Source of the DNA: a virus
Lineage: Duplodnaviria; Caudoviricetes
DNA: 64,000 nucleotides
Direction: 5' to 3' (one strand)
Virus record (IMG/VR): IMGVR_UViG_3300022752_005266
Location: 2,011 to 66,010 of that record
In this document: in pieces, positions 60,968 to 64,000 of the stretch
Layout of the letters: every line of letters starts with the position of its first letter
Position numbering within the stretch: position 1 is the stretch's first letter
Notes under the pieces: model-generated
The model's input: the letters and a program-made list of their open reading frames with translations, nothing else
Told to the model about the DNA's origin: nothing
The model's database searches: none
Made by a program: the position numbers and the translations under genes

Positions 60968-62895
60968 TCGCCGTCATCCTCTGCGTCGAAGACAACGAGC
61001 TTCGACACGACGTCATCCACGATGGCTTCACGGTCTTCCATGCCGAGCAGCTTCTCGCCCATGCCGACAAGCTCGTCGGCGGCAAGGAACTGCTCGATGG
61101 GACCGAACTTGTCGGTCAAGATCTCGACGACCCGTTCATCGTAGGTCGAAGAGGCGACGACGACCTTCAGCAGCGTGGCCCGCCCACCATGCCGGTCGAA
61201 CCGGCCACGCCACTGAAGGAAGTCACCGGGCTTCCAGGGGAGCATCGCGAAGATGGCAAGGTCCGCCGTCTGCATACCGTCGACCGCGATTCCGAAGGCC
61301 TGCCCCGTACCGATGAGACAGCAAGGGCCTGCGCTATTCCGAAACCCGTCGATCATGTCGTTGCGCTCGGACTCGCTTACGCCGCCGTGCCCAACCCAGA
61401 CGACCGCACCATCTACGCCCTCGCCGGAGGAGACGGCCTTGCGGATCGCCTCGCCCCAGCGCTCTGCTTCCCGGCGGCGTGCAGTGAACACGATGACCTT
61501 GCCGCCACCCTTCAGCCCCTCAAGGGCCTCCGCAACGACATAGCCACGCTTTCGGCTGCACGCCTCCGCGAGACGCGCCTCGATGAGACGTTCTCGCGCC
61601 GGCACATCCTCATACTCCCCGCGGGCCTGCCGTGCAAGCTGTTTGATAGCTTGATCGAAAGTTTGTGCGTCGTCGTAGCGCTCGGCCTTGTCCTGCGCGG
61701 ACACCGGCAGGTAGACGACCTGAACGCGCGTCGGTGGCAGGCTGGAGTGGCTCTCGCTGTAGGGCACCTCGTGCGTGAAGAACGAGCACCGGGCCCGAAG
61801 CTCCTCGATGTTGCTGCTGCCCTTGTCGTCGAGGCCGCCGTAGGGGTTCGTCACGGCGTCGCAGTACCGCGAGGCGAAGTTGCGGTAGCTGTGGGCGAAC
61901 CCGCCCGGCGTGAGCAGGTCCAGCTGCGACCAGAGCCGCCGCGGGCGCCCGTCGTCCAGCGGCGTCGCCGTGAGGCCCACGCGCAGCTGGAGGCTGCTCA
62001 GACGGCTCACGTCCATGATGGCGACGGCCCATGCGTCCTTGTCGCCGGACGCCGTCTGGCGTCGGTGGAAGCCCACCGAGCCGTCGGTCTGCTGCACGGC
62101 CTTCCAGCGCTTCGACTGCCCGTGGATGTGGAGCTCGTCGAGGATGAGCACCGACGGCGCGAGGCGCTTGATGAACTCGATGTTGTCGTTGAGACTCTCG
62201 GCTCCGACCACCACGAAGCGACGCTGCATGGCGGACTCGCAGTGCGCGACGTACTGGTCCCAGGTCATGTCGCCCTTGCGACGTTCGCTGTCAGGAAGCA
62301 GCCGCCAAGGCAGAATATTCGTGTATTGTTGGGTTTGTGTCCACCAGACGTGGCGCGCCTTGGCGGGACAGATTACGAGGACGGTGCCCCGTCGTGTGAG
62401 TGAATCAATCAGAGCGCCGACGGTCTTGCCGCTGCCGCAGGGCCAGATGTTCATGACCCAGGGCCGCGTGCTGGCCCAGGCCGCGCTGCGCTTCTGGTAG
62501 GGCGTCGCCATCCGGGCGACGTGCGGCTTGAGCTCGTTGCTCGCCACCTCTGCGTCGAGGATGTTGCGGCCCACGTCTTCCATGCGCTCCAGATCGTCCG
62601 GCGCCTGCGGCCACGGATGGACGAAGTCGGCGCCGTGCGCTGCCTGCGCCGACCAGCCCTGCACGCCCCAGCCCGCGAGGAAGTGCTCGACGAGGAACGC
62701 CGCGTGGACGGGAGCGTAGATGTCGATGTGCGTCGGCTCCCCGTTGGTAGGCCACTCGTTCTTCGTGAGGCGGTACTTCTCGCGCCCGCGCACGGCCCAG
62801 GCGAGGACGCCGGGGATGTGCTGTTCGAGCGCGGTGGCGTAGGGGGCGTGCTGCGGGTCGGGCAGCTTGTAGCGGTAGTGGGGCTGGTCCCACAT
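60964..62895 (-). CDS. SNF2-like SF2 helicase
   Basis: 'CGSGKT', 'ILDELH', 'LTATP', 'LWSQLDLL', 'QWRGRFDR'. Confidence 0.85.
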   Translation of the reverse strand: MWDQPHYRYKLPDPQHAPYATALEQHIPGVLAWAVRGREKYRLTKNEWPTNGEPTHIDIYAPVHAAFLVEHFLAGWGVQGWSAQAAHGADFVHPWPQAPDDLERMEDVGRNILDAEVASNELKPHVARMATPYQKRSAAWASTRPWVMNIWPCGSGKTVGALIDSLTRRGTVLVICPAKARHVWWTQTQQYTNILPWRLLPDSERRKGDMTWDQYVAHCESAMQRRFVVVGAESLNDNIEFIKRLAPSVLILDELHIHGQSKRWKAVQQTDGSVGFHRRQTASGDKDAWAVAIMDVSRLSSLQLRVGLTATPLDDGRPRRLWSQLDLLTPGGFAHSYRNFASRYCDAVTNPYGGLDDKGSSNIEELRARCSFFTHEVPYSESHSSLPPTRVQVVYLPVSAQDKAERYDDAQTFDQAIKQLARQARGEYEDVPARERLIEARLAEACSRKRGYVVAEALEGLKGGGKVIVFTARRREAERWGEAIRKAVSSGEGVDGAVVWVGHGGVSESERNDMIDGFRNSAGPCCLIGTGQAFGIAVDGMQTADLAIFAMLPWKPGDFLQWRGRFDRHGGRATLLKVVVASSTYDERVVEILTDKFGPIEQFLAADELVGMGEKLLGMEDREAIVDDVVSKLVVFDAEDDGE

Positions 62896-62917
62896 GGGAG
62901 TCTCCGGGGGTGGGTCG

Positions 62918-62981
62918 AGCGTAGCGTGGCGTTACCGCAGCGTCAAGGAAAGTTGACGGCGTGGTTCGACGCCGTTAGCAT
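62918..62981. promoter_or_regulatory. divergent sigma70 promoters with two operator-like boxes
   Basis: Minus strand TTGACG-17-TACGCT; plus strand TTGACG-17-TAGCAT. Confidence 0.7.
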
Positions 62982-63016
62982 CTACCCGTGGCGCACCTGC
63001 GTCGCAGGAGGTCCCC

Positions 63017-63337
63017 ATGCATACGGCACCGACGTCTTCGTGCGTCATCAATCCCGAAACCGACCCGTTCATCCGTCTGATTGAGCAGCACCGAAAGGCC
63101 CGTCACTGGAGCTTCGCCGAGCTTGCTCGCCGCGGCGGCCTCACGCAGCCCGAGGTGTCTCGCGTCGTCCACGGCATCCGCATGCCGACGCTGCGGCATG
63201 TTCGCGGGTTTGCGCTCGCCTTCGCTTCGACTCCGTCCAGCACCATGAACGAGCCCACCACGCCGGCGGAGTGGATCGCTATGCTCGTCGACCTTGCGGA
63301 GGACGCACGCATGTCCGTGCGGACGAAGGATGAGTAG
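63017..63337 (+). CDS. XRE-family HTH transcriptional regulator
   Basis: 'WSFAELARRGGLTQPEVSRVVHGIRMPT'; AGGAGG RBS. Confidence 0.85.
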   Translation: MHTAPTSSCVINPETDPFIRLIEQHRKARHWSFAELARRGGLTQPEVSRVVHGIRMPTLRHVRGFALAFASTPSSTMNEPTTPAEWIAMLVDLAEDARMSVRTKDE

Positions 63338-63725
63338 GCGGCAGCGCAACGCGCGCATTGATGAGCTGGCCGACGAGTTCGACATTGAGATTCTGCGGAT
63401 GGAGCCGGCCGATGTGTACGACCCGGCTGTCATCGGATTCGCACACGACCCGTCAGATGCAGTGACGCGGCTCGTGTACGACTGCGACCGCGTCATCGCC
63501 CAGGCCGTTGCGTTCGAGGGCATGAGTTACGAGGATGCCGTCGAGTGGCACGAGTTCAACACGTTCTGCGCGTACATGGGGCCTGCCACGCCCATCTTCC
63601 TTCAGCGTTTTTTAATCGAGGACGTCGCGGACGAAGTGCGCAGTGAGCCGCGAGAGACGTCGGAGAAGCTCGCGCCGCTCGTCGCGGTCGAGTCGGACGA
63701 CACCGTTGTTGGCGTCCCGGTGTAG
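63330..63725 (+). CDS. conserved phage hypothetical protein
   Basis: 'LVYD...MSYEDAVEWHEFNT..AYMGPATPIF'. Confidence 0.7.
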   Translation: MSRRQRNARIDELADEFDIEILRMEPADVYDPAVIGFAHDPSDAVTRLVYDCDRVIAQAVAFEGMSYEDAVEWHEFNTFCAYMGPATPIFLQRFLIEDVADEVRSEPRETSEKLAPLVAVESDDTVVGVPV

Positions 63726-63800
63726 CGCTCGGTTCAACACCGAGACGATCTCGCCCGCCTCACGGGCGAGCTCCATGACTTCCATCGGCGTCAACGTCAT
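63612..63800 (-). CDS. hypothetical protein
   Basis: 62 aa at the end of a minus-strand operon; overlaps the plus-strand gene tail to tail. Confidence 0.45.
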   Translation of the reverse strand: MTLTPMEVMELAREAGEIVSVLNRALHRDANNGVVRLDRDERRELLRRLSRLTAHFVRDVLD

Positions 63801-63805
63801 GCGGG

Positions 63806-64000
63806 TTAGACGTCCTCAACCCAGATGATGGATGCGCTCACGTCACTCGCATTGACGCTGTAGGCGGTGATGGTCAGCGTGTCCCCGGTCTGCAAGAACA
63901 GGTCGAGGTCCGTCACGGATTCCGTCTCGTTGCCTGTCTTCGCCACCGAGAAGGCATACACCTGCGTGCCGTTTCCGAGCGTAAGCGCGGTGGCCGCAGA
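63806..64000 (-). CDS. partial virion-like protein (3' end)
   Basis: '...LFLQTGDTLTITAYSVNASDVSASIIWVEDV*'. Confidence 0.55.
   Translation of the reverse strand, partial: SAATALTLGNGTQVYAFSVAKTGNETESVTDLDLFLQTGDTLTITAYSVNASDVSASIIWVEDV

Noticed and set aside
63017-63337. Lysogeny module or prophage
   Set aside because: An XRE regulator is present, but no integrase, ParA or host genes are in the window; lifestyle cannot be called.

Overview
The window is most of the genome of a high-GC tailed dsDNA bacteriophage (roughly 70% GC by eye). It is probably podovirus-like, since there is no tape-measure or sheath gene and there are very large ejected or internal proteins. The host cannot be determined from sequence; the lytic transglycosylase hints at a Gram-negative host. 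Layout: (1) 1-26.5 kb, minus-strand virion genes: tail fibre-like proteins, a ~3,240-aa polyvalent protein with two HExxH zincin motifs, ejection and tail-tube proteins, a cement protein, the major capsid protein and small basic proteins. (2) 26.6-32.1 kb, a divergent plus-strand terminase-portal-scaffold block. (3) 32.1-35.1 kb: an orphan promoter/terminator unit (candidate sRNA), a lytic transglycosylase and an RNAP alpha-CTD-like protein. (4) 35.1-45.3 kb, an early-type region of small plus-strand genes with sigma70-like promoters, repeats and non-coding DNA. (5) 45.3-62.9 kb, minus-strand replication genes: DUF927 helicase, SbcC-like ATPase, UDG-PolA fusion, adenine methylase, Dps-like protein, SSB, Sak4-like ATPase, Cas4-like nuclease and SNF2-like helicase. 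(6) An XRE HTH regulator, followed by more virion-like sequence at the right edge, consistent with a circularly permuted genome. No integrase, tRNA or CRISPR array was seen. The most unusual signals are non-coding: a ~77-nt candidate sRNA; a gaplessly conserved 75-bp element that brackets a CAG/CTG-depleted early segment and whose core is complementary to the sRNA; a duplicated ~102-bp switch-like leader between early gene cassettes; and a 14-bp operator-like motif at about 10 gene starts. The PolA also has substitutions at normally invariant active-site residues. All family assignments come from motif recognition by eye, not from database searches.
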